NCBI GenBank assembly: GCA_003971905.1
Contig: RSEE01000028.1
Span: 372,001 to 436,000 of the forward strand
DNA from: Moniliella sp. 'wahieum'
Lineage: Eukaryota
Direction: 5' to 3'
DNA: 64,000 bases
Shown here: positions 1-13,874 of the stretch, piece after piece
How the letters are laid out: each line of letters begins with the position of its first letter
How positions within the stretch are numbered: position 1 is the stretch's first letter
The notes under the pieces: model-generated
The model's input: the letters and a program-made list of their open reading frames with translations, nothing else
Told to the model about the DNA's origin: nothing
Databases searched by the model: none
Position numbers and translations under genes: made by a program

Positions 1-252
1 AGGTGTGACTTGTGGCATGTGACGCGCGCGCAGCTTCGGCCACAGGGCTCTGTGGCTTTTGACTCGCTGGTAGAGTATAGCAGACGTTGAGTATACAAGT
101 ACGACAGATCCTGTGAGTAGGACCTGCCAACGAAGGAGACGATGCGCAGAGGATATAGCATGGAGGACGAGATCGAAGAAGCATACGCATAACCCGAAGT
201 GCCACCTGGAAGCGGCGCAGCGGAAAGCAAATGAGGACGAGCTGATGCTTCA

Positions 253-926
253 TCACTTATTCCAAGTGCGTTCGTCGGGCATCTTTCCGTTTGTCGAACT
301 GCCACCCTCGTTAATGTAAAGGGCTTGCGCCCTTTTCTGGCTTCCGTCTCCCCACCTGGCCGATGGTTCCACGGAATACCGCCGGTGGGATTGAATCAAT
401 CTCCTCATCTTTCTTTTTGTCTGGCATACGGCTTGGCCCTCACAAGCTTTTCCCATCCCGCCTAGCTCAAAATGGATCTGGGCTTTGCTTAGCACACAAC
501 CAGGCTCGTGTCATTTGCCCTCCAGCCGTCCACGGGTTCCATGCCGTTCCAGAAGCGTCTTGTTCACAGGATGGTGCGCAGTGGTCACGCCAAATTGGGC
601 GTGATATCTCAATCTACTCAGTGCTCGGGTCGACGCTGTTGCACCAGATTGTGTTGGTGAAATCGCGAAGGCTGCGGCAACATGCAAGCGCCCGTGTTGA
701 TAGGAGCGAAGAAGCAGGGGCTCAAGTAACCCGCAAGCACGCTCAATGGGGTGCAGTCGCGCTGGGCCAAGTCTCTTACGGGCTCTAACCGCTGGCGGCC
801 GGGATTGAATATTGAATGGGCCTGATCGCATTCATTGGTTAATTGAGCGTGCCGACAGAGGTAGTGGATCCCTGGGAGGGAGAAGACTATAATACTAAGA
901 GCTGATATTTTTGCGACCAGGGCCAT
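253..926 (-). CDS. Hypothetical, possibly secreted protein; frameshifted, extent uncertain
   Basis: ATG at 926 opens a signal-peptide-like hydrophobic N-terminus (MALVAKISALSIIVFSLPG). Overlapping minus-strand ORFs continue to about 253. No recognisable domain. Confidence 0.3.
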
Positions 927-2129
927 CGAGTGAGTTGCCCGTCGACACCCTTCCCGGGAAGTTGAACGTTGAACGTGTTGAAGGAAGAACGTTGGCTGGT
1001 CCGGTCCTGGAACAGTTGCTCTTTAGGAGCTTTATATGGACCACCAAGACCGCATAACGGGGATCGAGAAGGGTTGCGCGGGGTTGCGCAGATGCCTGCC
1101 GATGCGCGTTTGAAGGCATCTCGATGGCATCCACGCGGCAAGGCGGCGTCCCTATAACCCTTCCCTACCTGAACCACGAGAGGGAGGATCGAGGATCGAA
1201 GACGCGGTTACTCGGTTTCGTGAGCTTGGCATAGGATACGCGATGTATGTGAGCTTTCCAGAATACCATGCAGAGCATGCACGCGATGCATGGTGGCCAA
1301 TGCTTACTGGGGCGGCAGCGGCATTCTGCATGCGGGGGAAGCAGTGGCGGCCATTGTTAACATGTTGAAGCGTTTTAACGTCTAACAGTGCAGCAGAAGG
1401 CCTGAGGCATGCCGCGTGACGCATGGCGATGTGTGATTCATGTGATTCTTCTCGCCACCTGGGTCTGCAGTCGCAGCCGCAGCCGCATGCAAGCGAGGCT
1501 GAGTAGGCGTGCCACATGTCAGATCTCAAAGAGCAGAGCAGAACAGCACAGGGCCATGCCGATGGGCAGCGCGGGACGGCACTGCGGGCGCTCGATCCTT
1601 CATTTCAGTAAGCATTGAATCGGTGACGAGCTTCATGATCGATGATCGAGGATACAAGAGTGGCTGGCGACCGATGACTTCATCGAAGACGCGTGACTGT
1701 CTGCGTCATTCGGGCAGGGCCTGGCAGCGCAGGGCTCCAGCGCACCAGCGCTTCAACCTGCTTCAGTTGCTGAGGCTCAGCGCACAGGCTGTGCGCTGCG
1801 GTAACTGGCACTGTGCCTCCCCATGACATGGACACCAGACGCACGTTGTGGATTGCCCCTTTGGCTTGCCCGATTTCCGCACCTGCTTCGGTGGCTGTTC
1901 CGCAGGCCAGCAGCGGGCCAGCGCACAGCAGGCGCCCGTTGCCATCAACTGCATCAAACATTGCATCAAACCCCAGATCCCAGCTGCTGGCTTGCCTCCG
2001 TCCTCGCCTGCCCTGGCCGCTGGCGTCGTGTTCGCGGTCGCCCCCAGGCCACAGCAGCTGCCATCGATCTCATCGACGAGATGCCCGGTCGCGATCATCG
2101 ATCACCCAGCCCAATCAGGCGTGGCACAA

Positions 2130-2234
2130 GCATGATGCATGATGCATGATGCATGATGCGTTCATGTGCTCGCTGGTAGGGATGTGACATGTGATCGGTG
2201 AGCGGCGAGCGGTGACTAGGTGACTAGTGACTAG
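2130..2234. repeat. Heptamer palindromic tandem arrays upstream of HOG1
   Basis: (GCATGAT)x4 at 2130-2159; ATGTGACATGTGA at about 2182-2194; GGTGACTAGGTGACTAGTGACTAG at 2211-2234. Confidence 0.85.
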
Positions 2235-2377
2235 CTTGACTCGGACTGGTGCAGGACGAGACTGGTGCTGTCTGGTGCGTCTGGCACTGCAGGCTGAGGC
2301 GCCGAGCCACTTCCGCTCTTGAGGCTGAGGAATGAGCCTCTAACCGCCTCACCACACCATCCCGGTTGCCGCGTCGT

Positions 2378-2410
2378 CGCTGCTGCTGCTGCTGCTGCTG
2401 CCGCTGCCGC
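2378..2410 (+). repeat. (GCT)n trinucleotide microsatellite in the HOG1 5' region
   Basis: gctgctgctgctgctgctgctg followed by ccgctgccgc. Confidence 0.8.
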
Positions 2411-2481
2411 CAGCTGACTCCCTCCTCCGCTTCGTTTGCTACCCTCCTTCCCCTTCCCAGCGCAGCGTCTACGTCATCGCC

Positions 2482-3570
2482 ATGGCCGACTTTGTCAAGC
2501 TCTCGCTCTTTGGCACCGTCTTTGAGGTCACCAGCCGCTAACCAGCTGGAGCCTGTCGGCATGGGCGCGTTTGGCCTCGTATGCTCCGCCAAGGACCAAC
2601 TCACCGATGCCAGTGTCGCCATCAAGAAAATCATGAAGCCATTCAGCACGCCAGTGCTGGCCAAACGTACCTACCGCGAGCTCAAGCTGCTCAAGCACAT
2701 TCGCCACGAGAACATCATCTCCCTCTCGGACATCTTCATCTCGCCGCTCGAAGATCTGTACTTTGTCACCGAGCTCCTTGGTACCGACCTGCACCGTCTC
2801 CTCACCTCCCGGCCGCTCGAGACTCAGTTTATCCAATACTTCCTCTACCAAATCCTCCGTGGCCTCAAGTATGTCCACTCGGCCGGCGTTGTGCACCGCG
2901 ATCTCAAGCCAAGCAACATTCTGGTCAACGAGAACTGCGCCTAGATCTGCGACTTTGGGTTGGCGCGCATTCAAGACCGCAAATGACCGGTTATGTCCGA
3001 CGCGCTACTACCGCGCGCCCGAGATGAATGCTGACGTGGCAAAAGTACGATGTGGCGGTTGACATTTGGTCGGCCGGGTGCATTTTGCAGAGATGTTGGA
3101 GGGCAAGCCTTTGTTCCCGGGCAAGGACCATATGAACCAGTTCTCCATCATCACCGAACTGCTTGGCACGCCGCCGGACGAGGTGATCCAGACGATCTGC
3201 TAGGAAAACACGCTGCGGTTCGTACAGAGCTTGCCCAAGCGGGAACGGGTGCCGTTTAGCCAACGCTTCCGCAGCGCCGATCGCTTGCGCTGGACTTGCT
3301 GGAACGCATGCTGGTCTTTGACCCTCGCACTCGCATTTCTGCTGCCGAAGCGTTGGCGCACCCTTACCTTGCCCCCTACCACGACCCAACCGACGAGCCC
3401 GAAGCCGACGAACCCTTCGATTGGTCCTTCAACGATGCCGACTTACCAGTGGATACGTGGAAGGTGATGATGTACTCGGAGATTCTCGACTTTCACAACA
3501 TTGACATGTCGGTCAAGATGAAGGACCGGTCCCGCCGCTGCAGTCGGAGGTGGCAGAGACAACGGCCTAA
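2482..3570 (+). CDS. HOG1: Stress-activated MAP kinase Hog1 (p38 family); apparently intronless, several apparent indels
   Basis: [69 protein letters not shown] activation loop at about 2983; [33 protein letters not shown]. Confidence 0.97.
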
Positions 3571-4083
3571 TCCCCACAGCCGTTCGTCCGCCTTGCCTCG
3601 CACTGATACCACGACGAAGGCCTGCCGGCCAGGACTGGGGCCGAAACTGGGATCAAAAGGCAGGCGTTCCATCCTAGCCACTTGTACATTCATCCCTGTT
3701 CTATGTGTTGCCTCTGCTCTGCTTTACCTCTTGCGCTGTGTTGCGCTCGCAGCCGCTCCTGTCCTTTTTCCCCGTTCACCTTCCCCTTTTCCTCTTTCCC
3801 TTTGTCCTATCCCTTTCACCTCGCCCCCCCCCACCTTCGCCCTTGTCTCCTTCTCCTTCACCTTCTTACCAGCCCGCTGGCCCAGATGCGAGAGGAGCGA
3901 TGCAGGTGCCTGTCGAACGATAAATGCGCGTTGGCTTGCCGTGGAAGTTGGGCCTTGGTTCAGTGAGGGCTTGCATGCCTATACATGACATGCATGGCAA
4001 GTTGGTTGACGCACTAGGAGCGCATACGCTCAGGTGACATTTTCTTCCTCGATTCTATCTGTTTTCTATAGCTAGGGACCGAA

Positions 4084-4876
4084 TCACCGCAGGCGCCGCT
4101 GGCCCCGGGCCAGCCCATACCATAGGATTTCTTCTAGATGGATTTGTTGATACGCCAGCCAACTTGGGGGTTGGGCCGCCCGATCGGCGCAGGTACCTGA
4201 GCAAAGACTCTCAGGATACCACGCAGGGGGGGGGACTAGGGGACTGGACGAGCGCCAAGTCACATTGGCCGAGCGGCCAGGCCAAATCACGAGAAGCGAA
4301 AAGTGGGCAGGGGCCCACCGGACCAGTGCAGCAGGGTCCACTCTGCCCCACCCCATCACCCATGGAACGAGGAGGGACCGCCATCGGGCTGGCCTTGGAG
4401 AGAGGCGAGCTCGGCGCGCAGCTTCTCGCGCAGCTGGGCCAGGTTGGCATTGTGGGCAACCAGAAAGGCGCGGTACTGCAACTCTTTTCGCCCATGTTCT
4501 TGATCGTGTTGGTCCAGCGGGTGAGGAGGATGTGCGGAGGGATGCCACCGGAGGACATGGCGGAATTAATCCAGGTGGGGAGAAGGGTGTCAGATGAGGT
4601 GAGGTCTTGGGCGAGTAGTCGAGAAGGGCGCGGAGAAGGTCATGGTAATACGCGCACATGTGTTGCCGTCGGGCAGGGCGAGGTGGACAATGTCGGTAGT
4701 GACGAGCCAGGCGAGCAGCAGTGCGCGCGCGGTGGAGGGGGAGGTGGTGGTCACCAAGGGTACATCTTGAGGATGAAGCTTCGCAATGTCGATGAGGAAA
4801 TCGGTGGGCAGCAGCTCTCACACGGCTGATGGGGCGAAGAGGACATGATCAACGATGCCTTCGTCTCTCCATCCCA
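4084..4876 (-). CDS. Hypothetical protein; frameshifted, boundaries uncertain
   Basis: Coding-like minus-strand segments (LLPTDFLIDIAKLHPQDVPLV; ELQYRAFLVAHNANLAQLREKLRAELASLQ) in shifting frames. No family recognised. Confidence 0.3.
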
Positions 4877-5099
4877 TCGACCGATGTATATATAGTTTTT
4901 GGTGTTGCTGGATATGTATATTTGGCGGTGCATAGGTACCTGTTGGGTGGTGGTGGTGTCCCCGTTGCTGCGGGCGGGAATGTATAGCACTACTACACGT
5001 GTACAAGACTGTGTGTCTTGGTTGTGACGGAAGAGATTCCCTTTTTTGACTCTGCCAGCCTGTGCCGCTTGTGGTCGGTAGTTACTTAGTTACACCCCA

Positions 5100-5147
5100 C
5101 GAGGGGACCACCGGACCTTCGGCCCGGTTTGCTGACCACCTTGGCGA
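5100..5147 (-). mobile_element. Helitron-like 3' terminus (copy A)
   Basis: Minus strand reads GCCAAGGTGG...CCGGGCCGAAGGTCCGG-TGGTCCCCTCG|T, homologous to the termini at 13875, 36321 and 60347. Confidence 0.65.
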
Positions 5148-5451
5148 CCCAGGGAAGACGGGGAGAGTGTCCGGCCAAGGGAGGGAAGTTGCGATCACGC
5201 ATACAAAGAACCAAAGGGAAACGGGAATAAGCGTTCTGGATATGGTGAGGACAATAGGGGATTCGATGGACGCGAGAGGAGGGGGAAAAGGACGACGCTT
5301 AAAGTGTCGGCACGTGCCTGCCAACAACTGAAGAGAGTTGTACGCCGTTCAAGTGACTCGATGACCGATATGAGGCAAGGCGCGCAGACATCGCAGAGGG
5401 ACAATCATGAATCATGAATCATAGACCAACACACCACTTATACGCCACCCC

Positions 5452-8400
5452 TTACCCCGACCGAGTCGGGCTGGCTGGTCGGCCGCAGCGCTGGAGCAAA
5501 GCGGTATAGCATACCTTGTACGCCCATACGTTGCCCTGCATACGACGAATGTCGATTGAATACAGGCCGGGCAAGTTCTTGATGCGTGTCATCTCGACGC
5601 TGAACCGAACCTCTTGGCCATTGTCCATTGATCCTTCGTCCAGATCCAACGGCCTGCCATTGGGTCCACCTGCCACCTCGGCGGCGGGCTCCCCTGCCGA
5701 TGCGCTGTTGGGGTTGGAAGATGGCAAGCGCACCGCCGAGCCGAGGCTGCTCGTGTGCCCCTCCCCCATCTGAAGGGAAGGGAAGAGCGAGCCACGGAGC
5801 AGGCCCCGGAAGCCGGTCGGAAGAGGCGATGGCGAAGCCAGCATTGATGCCTGCAAACCGACTCCTACCGATCCGAGGCCGGCTTGGCGGCCCCACTGGC
5901 GCCGCAAGCACTCCAGCTTGAACGTCTCCTGGCTTGCAAGGTGAGCGTCAATGCCCATGCTCGCCAGGGCTTGCCGCACGCGATCCAGCATCTCGTCGGG
6001 CGGAACGGAGGTCAAGGCACGCTGGTCCACAGCTCCTTCGTGGTAGCGGAGCACCGCATCACAGAACTCGGATTTCGCTCTTGCCTCTTGCGCCTGGTCA
6101 TCTGCAGGGCTTGGACCTCCAGCTCAGCAGGTGGGCTCAACGGCTCGGCAACAGGGGCCGTCAAGCCGGTGTCGGGATTCGTGTCATTGTTTATGGCGCT
6201 CATCTCTCCTGTCCGGATGGAAGAAGCAGATGTACCAGTCAGAACCTCGCCAGACCCGGTGTCAGCTACATTCGCCTGATCCGTGACGTTAACTGCCTGG
6301 GCGGTGGACGAGGAAGTGATAGGGTCGGTAGGCGAAAGGTCAGATGGTTGTCGACTGCGTCCACGAAACCAGTCCATCACGCGCTTGGCCCCCTTGTCGA
6401 ACCTCTGATACTTGATCCATAGGCAAGCGATGGTGGTAGTGTAGGCAGGGGAACTGGCGCGCCTGAGAGCTGGGAGTTGGGCGGCAACTCGGAAGGCAAC
6501 GGGGGTGGGTGCGAAGGTGGCAGCAGCGGGGGAAGTGGATGATGTGACCGTCAACTTTAACGGTTCAGAGCGTTGCTCCGCTTCCTCGGCCGGATTAGCC
6601 TCCGGCTGTAAGGGTGTTGGAACCGAGACCTCGGATCGAGGGGAGGGAGCCAAAGACAATATCTGAGCCGCGGTCTGCGCGACGGGCCAGGCTGTGGCGA
6701 AGGTTGGGTGTCGACCATTGGCGCCCCGCTTTCCCCTTCAGCCGGCGATTGAGGTGAGCCAGAGCGATAGGGCAGGAGCCGAGAAAAGAGCGTTTCTTGC
6801 CGAGCGCGAAGCGGAAGCTGAGATAGTCGTCTGTGGTCTTGAGACGGACCAGTTTCGGGCGAGGTACTGAGCGAGGGTTGAGACGTACCGGTTTCGAGAG
6901 AGGCACTGAGCGAAGGAGATGCCGCTCGGGTAACCTGACTGTCTGGCCGAACTGGCGGGTTCTGTCGGGGTTTGTCGAGGGTGGAGTAGGGCGTAGACAC
7001 CACCACGGGCGCGCCCCCACAGACCGGCCCAAAATCAGGCGAAGAGGGAGCTGGTACAAGACGAACAACAGTCGATGTATTTGAAGTGTTCGCGTCTAAT
7101 CGCTTTGGGACGATCTTCGTGGGCTGGGCTGGTGTAGTCGAGGAAATTAGAGCAGGCGGATCAGGGATATTGGTACTGACGTTCTTAGCGACAACCTTCT
7201 GCGCATCCGCCTCGGTTGATTCGTATACAGAGTCAATCGCCGCCTTTGGCGGCACATGCAAACTGCCGCGCATCCCTCGCATTTTTAGCATCCTCTTCCT
7301 TTTGAGGGGGTAAAGGAGCAGTCATAGTAGCGTTCGATTGAGAAGGCAAAATCTTGTCGGTAGTGGAAAGGTCTGGGAGCTGCGGCTCAAGCGCATCATC
7401 AACAGCGTCCATGGCGTCGGTTGGAACGTATAGACCCATGCGATCCATCCTGGGTGAGGGAGCCAGTTGTACCAGCTCCTCCAAAGGTGCCGAGGCGGAG
7501 GAAGAGGTGGGAGGTATATTGGTTGGGTTTGCATTGGGAGGAGCGCTGTACTCGACTTGAAGAGTATGTCGGTTAGCCTTGGTTGAGGAAGATACCTTAG
7601 AATTCTTCTTTTTCTCAAAAGATTCGTGTGGCAGGGTCGGAGCGATGGGCATGGTGGTTTTGCGATAAGCAGGCTGAGCGGTCATCTCGTTCTTACGATC
7701 CGGGTGGGGATGGCTTTGCCGGCCAACCAAAGAAGCTGAGGCAGGTTGGTGCTGGATATGCTGCTGTAGCTCCATCTGTTGTTGGCAGAATTGGCGCTTT
7801 CTCGACTGTTGCTCCACCGCTGCCTGCTCCAGATCCTCCAGGCTCAATGAGAAGAGAGGGCGGTAATCGAGAAGCCAAGGATGTGCCATCACTTCCTTCA
7901 TGGAGGCGCGACGGCCTGGGTCCGGAACCAGCATGCGCTTCAACAGCGCCCGAGGTGGCTGGGTGATGTAGTCGGGGAATGCAAGCGTGGTGAGAATGTA
8001 GTGATAGAGCTGGGTAATGTTGCTGGACTCGGGGTTGGAGGGATCGTCATCAAAGGGGAGGTAGCCAGCCAACATCGCATACAAGATCACGCCGCAGGAC
8101 CAAATGTCAGCGGAACAGCCATTGTACAGTCCATCTGTAACAACCAGCTCGGGAGCGGCGTAGCAGGGAGAACCACATGAGGTGGCCATGAGGTCATTGG
8201 CGCGGTCGCCAAAGTTGTTGGCGAAGCCAAAGTCGGTAATGATTACATTGCGGTTTCGATCCAACAACAAGTTCTCCAATTTGAGGTCGCGATGAACGAT
8301 CTGTCTCTGATGCATGTAGTTGACACCACTGATCAGTTGGGCAAAAATGCGCGCCGCATCTTTCTGGCGGAGATACTTGTGGGCCAGGATGTGGTCGAAC

Positions 8401-9059
8401 AGCTCGCCACCTAGGCAAATAACCACAAGAACGGGTCAGCGACAGATTGGGGATGCGAAGACGGCGGCACGCAACAAGAAACGCAATTACTCACCCGAAG
8501 CATACTCGAGCACAATGCCAATGTACCGATCGGATTCGACCACCTCGTAGAGGCGCACAATGTTGGGGTGGTGCAGGGACCGCAGCACCTGAATCTCTCG
8601 ATCAATCTTGGCCATGCGCTGTGAGTCATGTTCCTCGGCGCCCGAGTCCACACCCGATGCATGGGGAACACGGACGCGACGGATGAGCTTGACGGCAACC
8701 TCCTCACCTACCACCTGGTGCACACCGAGCTTGACCTTGCCAAACTCGCCCTCACCCAGTGTCTGGAGCAGGAGGTAGCCGCCAAAGTGGATCTGGGGGC
8801 GGTGGGGTGCGGCAGCAAAGTAGCGTATGGCAGCGGGGCTAGTGATGGGGATGCCGAGGCGGAGGAGCTGGGACGCAGTGTGGGAGGCAATGCCCTGGGC
8901 GGCGAGTGCAGCCAGCGCACGGCTCGTTGCGCCTGCCGAGGGGACGCTGGAGGGGCTGGCAGGGGCAGAGGCGGGTGGAAGGGCGGCATGGGGTGCACGT
9001 GCGAGGGCTGATGGGGGCGGGGCCAAGTCCAGTCCATCCACAGCTGCGGCCACAGACAT
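5452..9059 (-). CDS. KIN4: Kin4/Ppk1-family Ser/Thr kinase with C-terminal KA1-like domain; one intron at about 8413-8493, frameshifted low-complexity middle
   Basis: [68 protein letters not shown]-terminal [32 protein letters not shown]. Confidence 0.85.
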
Positions 9060-11639
9060 GGCTAGTGGGCACGCCAGGGGGGACCGCTGGTCGAGGGGCC
9101 GTGGCAGCGGCGGTGGTACTCCAGCTGGCGAACAAGTAGGTGGGGGTTGTCCGCTGGGATTGGGCGGATTGCACACTGCCCCTGCGCCCTGTCTCGCTGC
9201 TGCGCCCCGCGCAAACGTACATTTAATGAGGGCACAGGTGGGGCCAGCAGTCACCTCGTCACCGTTACCGGGGCAGTGTGGCCCCATCGGCCGTCACGCG
9301 TCATTAATCACTTCCATCACGCGTCATATGCATTATGCATTACGCCAGAATGACAGCTCCGCCTCAGCGGCTCACATGTCACACTCCCCACCAGCGCCCC
9401 CCCAGCCCTCAGGCCCCTTCACACTTAGTGCCATCCTTCAAAGGCGCTGGCAGCCCCGAAACCCGCAACATACGACGACAGCGACAAGAAAGACCACGAC
9501 CATTGTACCACCACCCCCCACTGGTCGCCCCCGTGTCCATATCTGCAATGGAAGCCCCGGCATGCCGGGGATGGTTCTGATTGACCGTCCCTCTGGCCTT
9601 ATCCTCCTTAACTTCGGAGTCTTGGCTTCCGTCTCGGGGCCCGCCCTCTGCATGACACCTCATGTGCACTCTGAGAAACGAAACTTACAGTATGGAGGGG
9701 GTGGTGACCTCATCGAAAAGCAAGGGACCAGAACGAGCAGAGAAACAATAAGCGATGAGAGGGAGAATACACATACCCTTACCCGCAACACTTCCCTACC
9801 TCCCCCACCCCCCGGCCGCGTGCACGTCATGGTGTCTGTGGCTATGGGGAACAGCGGCCACAGGCTTTGTGTAGGAGGTGACCGCGTCTCCAGCCTCGGC
9901 TCTTTCTCCATTCCGCCTGCTGCTCACGCCCCTGCGCGCGTTTTCCCTCTGAGTACCTCAGGCCTCACCCCCACATCCTTATGCGCCTTGCTCACCGTCC
10001 ACACCAGTCTTGTTAATTGGTCGTCCCTCTTTCTTTGGGACATATGCTACCGCTCCCGCCATTGTCGCTGTAGGGGTGTGACAATGGCCACACCCCGAGG
10101 ACCACACTGTCGCGCTCCATGTCCCTCCGTGACAGAGGAACCCCTTCAAGAGGATGCAAACCATGTGCACGATACACTATGATAGGAAAGGTTTCCCAAA
10201 CATGAAACCTGGTTGCTTATTGCATGGCAACGGCACCCTCTCTTGTGGTGTTAGTGATAGAGATGTTGGCCTTGACCTCTATCGTCGCTGTGGGGTGCGA
10301 AGAGACGGGGATGCATCTTCTTATGATGGGCTGTGAGTTGGTCGCTGTGGGAATGTTGTTTTGACTGTTGTCGTCGTAGTTTTGAACCCATCTGCGGTGT
10401 GTTATATGGAACGCAACGACCTTTTCCTCCTGTTCCGTTGGATGTTGTATTGCCTGACCTAGACGACCTAAGGCCTAAGGCCTAATATGTGAACCAAGGG
10501 CCAGGGTAGTATGCAGAGGGCAGGGGGTCGAGAAGTGTATATTAGTAGGAAATGCGGTCGTAGGCCGTAGCCTGATAGATGTGCATCGGTATAGTGTGGG
10601 GGGCGGACTTGAAGCTAGCTTGAAGCTTGACCTCTGCATCATGTTGTGCATCATCGTTGTGATGCTGTTGAACAACAATTAATAACGGTGGGCATTGTTT
10701 GGACGGATGGGGTGCGCCACTGGTACGTCTATTGTGCCACTGGTACGCCCGCCACAAGGGCTTGAGAAAGAGTAGTGCATTATATGGTGGGAGACATCGC
10801 GGTCGCCCACAGACGTCAGACCCTCTCAAGTTCACTTGCGGGGTGCCGGTGTCGGCAGTCGGAGGGCTTCCATACGCCGCGTCGCCAGCTGGGAAAGGGG
10901 AGGGTGCGTCATATGCTCGCCCAGTGCCGGTTGCGCTGAGTAGAGGCTTGACTCATCCATCATACGTCACGCGCCACTATCACTACTATCCCTAACCGGC
11001 CCAGGAACCTGCAGCTCGCCAGTAGAGTGTTCTGCGCGAGGGGCTGCTTGCCCCCGCTGCGCCCCCACGCGTTCTTGCGCTGCCATGCTGCGCCCGGGGC
11101 TGTCTGCGGTGTGCTGCAGCGGGCCGGGCAGAGGAGCAGAGGAGCAGCGTGCCACGGCAGGCGCATCCGCATGCATCAGCAGCATCCGCCCAGCTGAACA
11201 CGCCCGCCGCCTCAGCGCCTGGGCGCCTGAGCACACGGCGCCTCGCACCCCGCCAGTGTGCGCCCGAGCTACGCCAACCTGTGGGGGAATCTGTGGGGGA
11301 GCTTGCGGGGAGTCTCGGGGGGGCCCGCACGGCAGCAGTGTGGGTGGCTTGCGGGCGAGAGTTGTCTGGTACCTTGTCCAGGCGGCGGGGGCCGGAAGCG
11401 GGCGGGCGCAAAAAAAGGCACCAGCGCGTCTCTCTCGCCGCCTCTCTCCCGAGAACAGCGTTGGGCACTGGCCCGCACTCGTCTGCGCTCTCCCGCCGTA
11501 CTGGCCCGCTGCCAGGGTGGGGCAGAGCGTGGCGGCGACATAACCCTCTCCCAAGCATATCAAGTACTAATACCACCCCCCCGCCTGCACCCGCTGTCGT
11601 TCCCCGTGCTTCCTCCATCCCTGCGTTGCCACCACCATC

Positions 11640-13741
11640 ATGCCCCCCCCGCCCCCCCCGCCATGGACCGCGCCGCTTCCCACGGCCCGCCGTCGTCGTC
11701 GCGCATCGGCGCACCGCGCACCTGGTTCCGCCGCCGCAGCTCGGTCCCTGCCACCCCTGCTCCAGACCTCGGCTCCAGCCCGCCCCCCAATCCGGTCGGC
11801 GCTGGCTCTGGCATCGCCGCTGCCGTTTTGCCGCGTCCCCGCGCTTCCAGTGTCTCCTCCACCAACCAGCCTCCCAAGACATCCCCCCCCTTGCCCCACA
11901 ACGCAAGCCGAGGTATGGTCCCTTTCGTCGCACATCTGTGCCCCTGAGTGCTGCCGTCCCCGCCTCCCACCTGCCATCCGCCCCCGATGCCGTCCCTGAG
12001 CCCGATCAACAACCCAGCAGGTCCAACCAGGCCCGTTCCTCCAGTGCTGCCTCCGCTGGCCCCTCCGTTGCTGGCCCAGATAGCCACAACCATCGCACCT
12101 CTAATGCTTCTCCCTTTGGCTTTGGCAACATTGCCGCTGCCGCTGCCCGGTTACTCGGTAGTGATGGTCGCCAAGCAACTGCTGCTCGTCGTTCCTCTTC
12201 GGGAATGCCCCGGAGGCTTCTCCCACATGGAATACAGATTGGGCAGAGACGGCTCCACCACCAGCGTTACCCGGATCGGATCGCGGGAAACGCCCGCTGC
12301 ATACGTTCCGCTTGGTTCCCTCAATGGACGCTGCACGAGGTATGCAGGTCTGGTTTGATCCCATCGAGCGCCAGCTTGAGCAAGATGGAGAGGCACTCTC
12401 TATTGGTCGCTTTTGTGATCGTGCACCCTTTGATGCTGCCCTGACTGGTGGCACGACGGGGGAAGCGCCCATGTTTCTACCTCGCAAGCAGTCGAACGTG
12501 GCTCGGACAGCCCCGATGATGAGGAAGATGATGAACCTCATGTTCGTCCTGTTGCTTTTCCCGTCCCGTCGGATGCGCGGTGGTGCAATTCCCAATACGA
12601 ATGGCAACCCGCCCCATCTAGAACAACATCGGGCTGCTATGACGGCCAAGGTCGTTTCGCGTAAACACGTCGAAATTTGGTGCACTTCTGACCCTCCTCC
12701 CTCTAGCACTGGAGGATCCCACAAGAGGGTGGACCCGCTCGAGATGACTCGGTCTGTCTCCCCTCTGGAGTTGGGAGGAACCGATGGGCCCCATGCAGGG
12801 GATCTGTCCCCCAACAGGTGCCCGCAGAACCCTGCTACCCCTGCTGTCAAGTGGTGGATCCGTGATTTGGGCAGTAGCGCCGGGACCTTTGTCAACCACA
12901 AGCGTCTCTCCAAGGCTATGGTGGCGAGTGGGCCAACCGAGCTGCACGAGGGCGACATTGTCAAACTGGGCGTGAATTACGTTCGTGGGCGCAACTCGTA
13001 CCGGGCGGTACAGATGCGGGTGGAGCTCCACGACGTGGATGTCCAAACGGAGTACGCGGCCCATGCTCGCCGTCGTCTTGCTCAGTTACAGGGAGCTGAT
13101 GGCAGCGCGGCCGCCGCTACAGAGACCGCCAAGGCAGGCAGCCAACCGGTGCCGATGGCTGAATGCTGTATCTGCCTGTTTGGCATGACGGTTTCCCAGA
13201 GTTTGTTTATTGCTCCCTGCAGCCATTCGTTCCACTACAAGTGCATCCGCCCCCTGTTGATGCGTCTTCATCCAGGCTTTTGCTGCCCATTGTGCCGCAG
13301 CTTTGCCGATCTGGACGAGGAGGTGGATGTGGTGGAGATGGATCCCAATGCTCCCCAGACCTCCGAGGCGTCCCGCGGTGCGGTGGAGACAGGTCCGGCT
13401 GAAGCTACTGCCTCGGACCCACCGCTGCTCAGCCAGCACAAGCGGCCAGTGGCGGCAAGGGGAAGGCCCCCGAGTCGGTGGGAGCGAATGTGGCGGAGGG
13501 GGGGGTGAGCGCGCCACCGGCAGGACCGAGCGCTCGCCATGCTGAGTCTTCAGAGGACACATCCGGGACGGATTCCTCGGCGCATTCTCCCTCGGGCTCC
13601 GACGCTGGTCACGGGTCTCACGAGTCCATTTCGTCAGCCTCCATGAGCAGCGCATCTCCTTCTCCGCCCAAGATATCTTCCTCGACGGCGGCAGCCGGAC
13701 CGTTATTGCCCAAGCAGCAAGACACCGCATCTCTTTCCTAG
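11640..13741 (+). CDS. DMA1: FHA-RING E3 ubiquitin ligase, Dma1/Chf1 family; frameshifted
   Basis: FHA motifs (IGRF; KVVSRKHVEIW; WIRDLGSSAGTFVNHKRLS; GDIVKLG) and RING-H2 (ECCICLFGMTVSQSLFIAPCSHSFHYKCIRPLL...FCCPLCRSFADL). Confidence 0.9.
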
Positions 13742-13874
13742 TTTTGATCCTATACACCCCTTTGGCCGGATCCGGGATGCGCACCGAGTTCAGTAGCATT
13801 GGAGATCTTCGGCCCTTTTCTACCTGCTCGCGCGTCGGCTCGCTTCTACTATTGATGTTCATATATTCCTTTCA

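Noticed and set aside
2940..3203. In-frame TAG codons in HOG1 suggesting stop-codon reassignment or readthrough
   Set aside because: The first arises from deletions in the DLKIC codons and the second fits a TCG-to-TAG miscall. TAG is used as a normal stop elsewhere (SSU72, DMA1).
8827..10182. 451-aa + strand ORF
   Set aside because: Partly antisense to the kinase start, low complexity, no domain. Long spurious ORFs are expected at this GC content.
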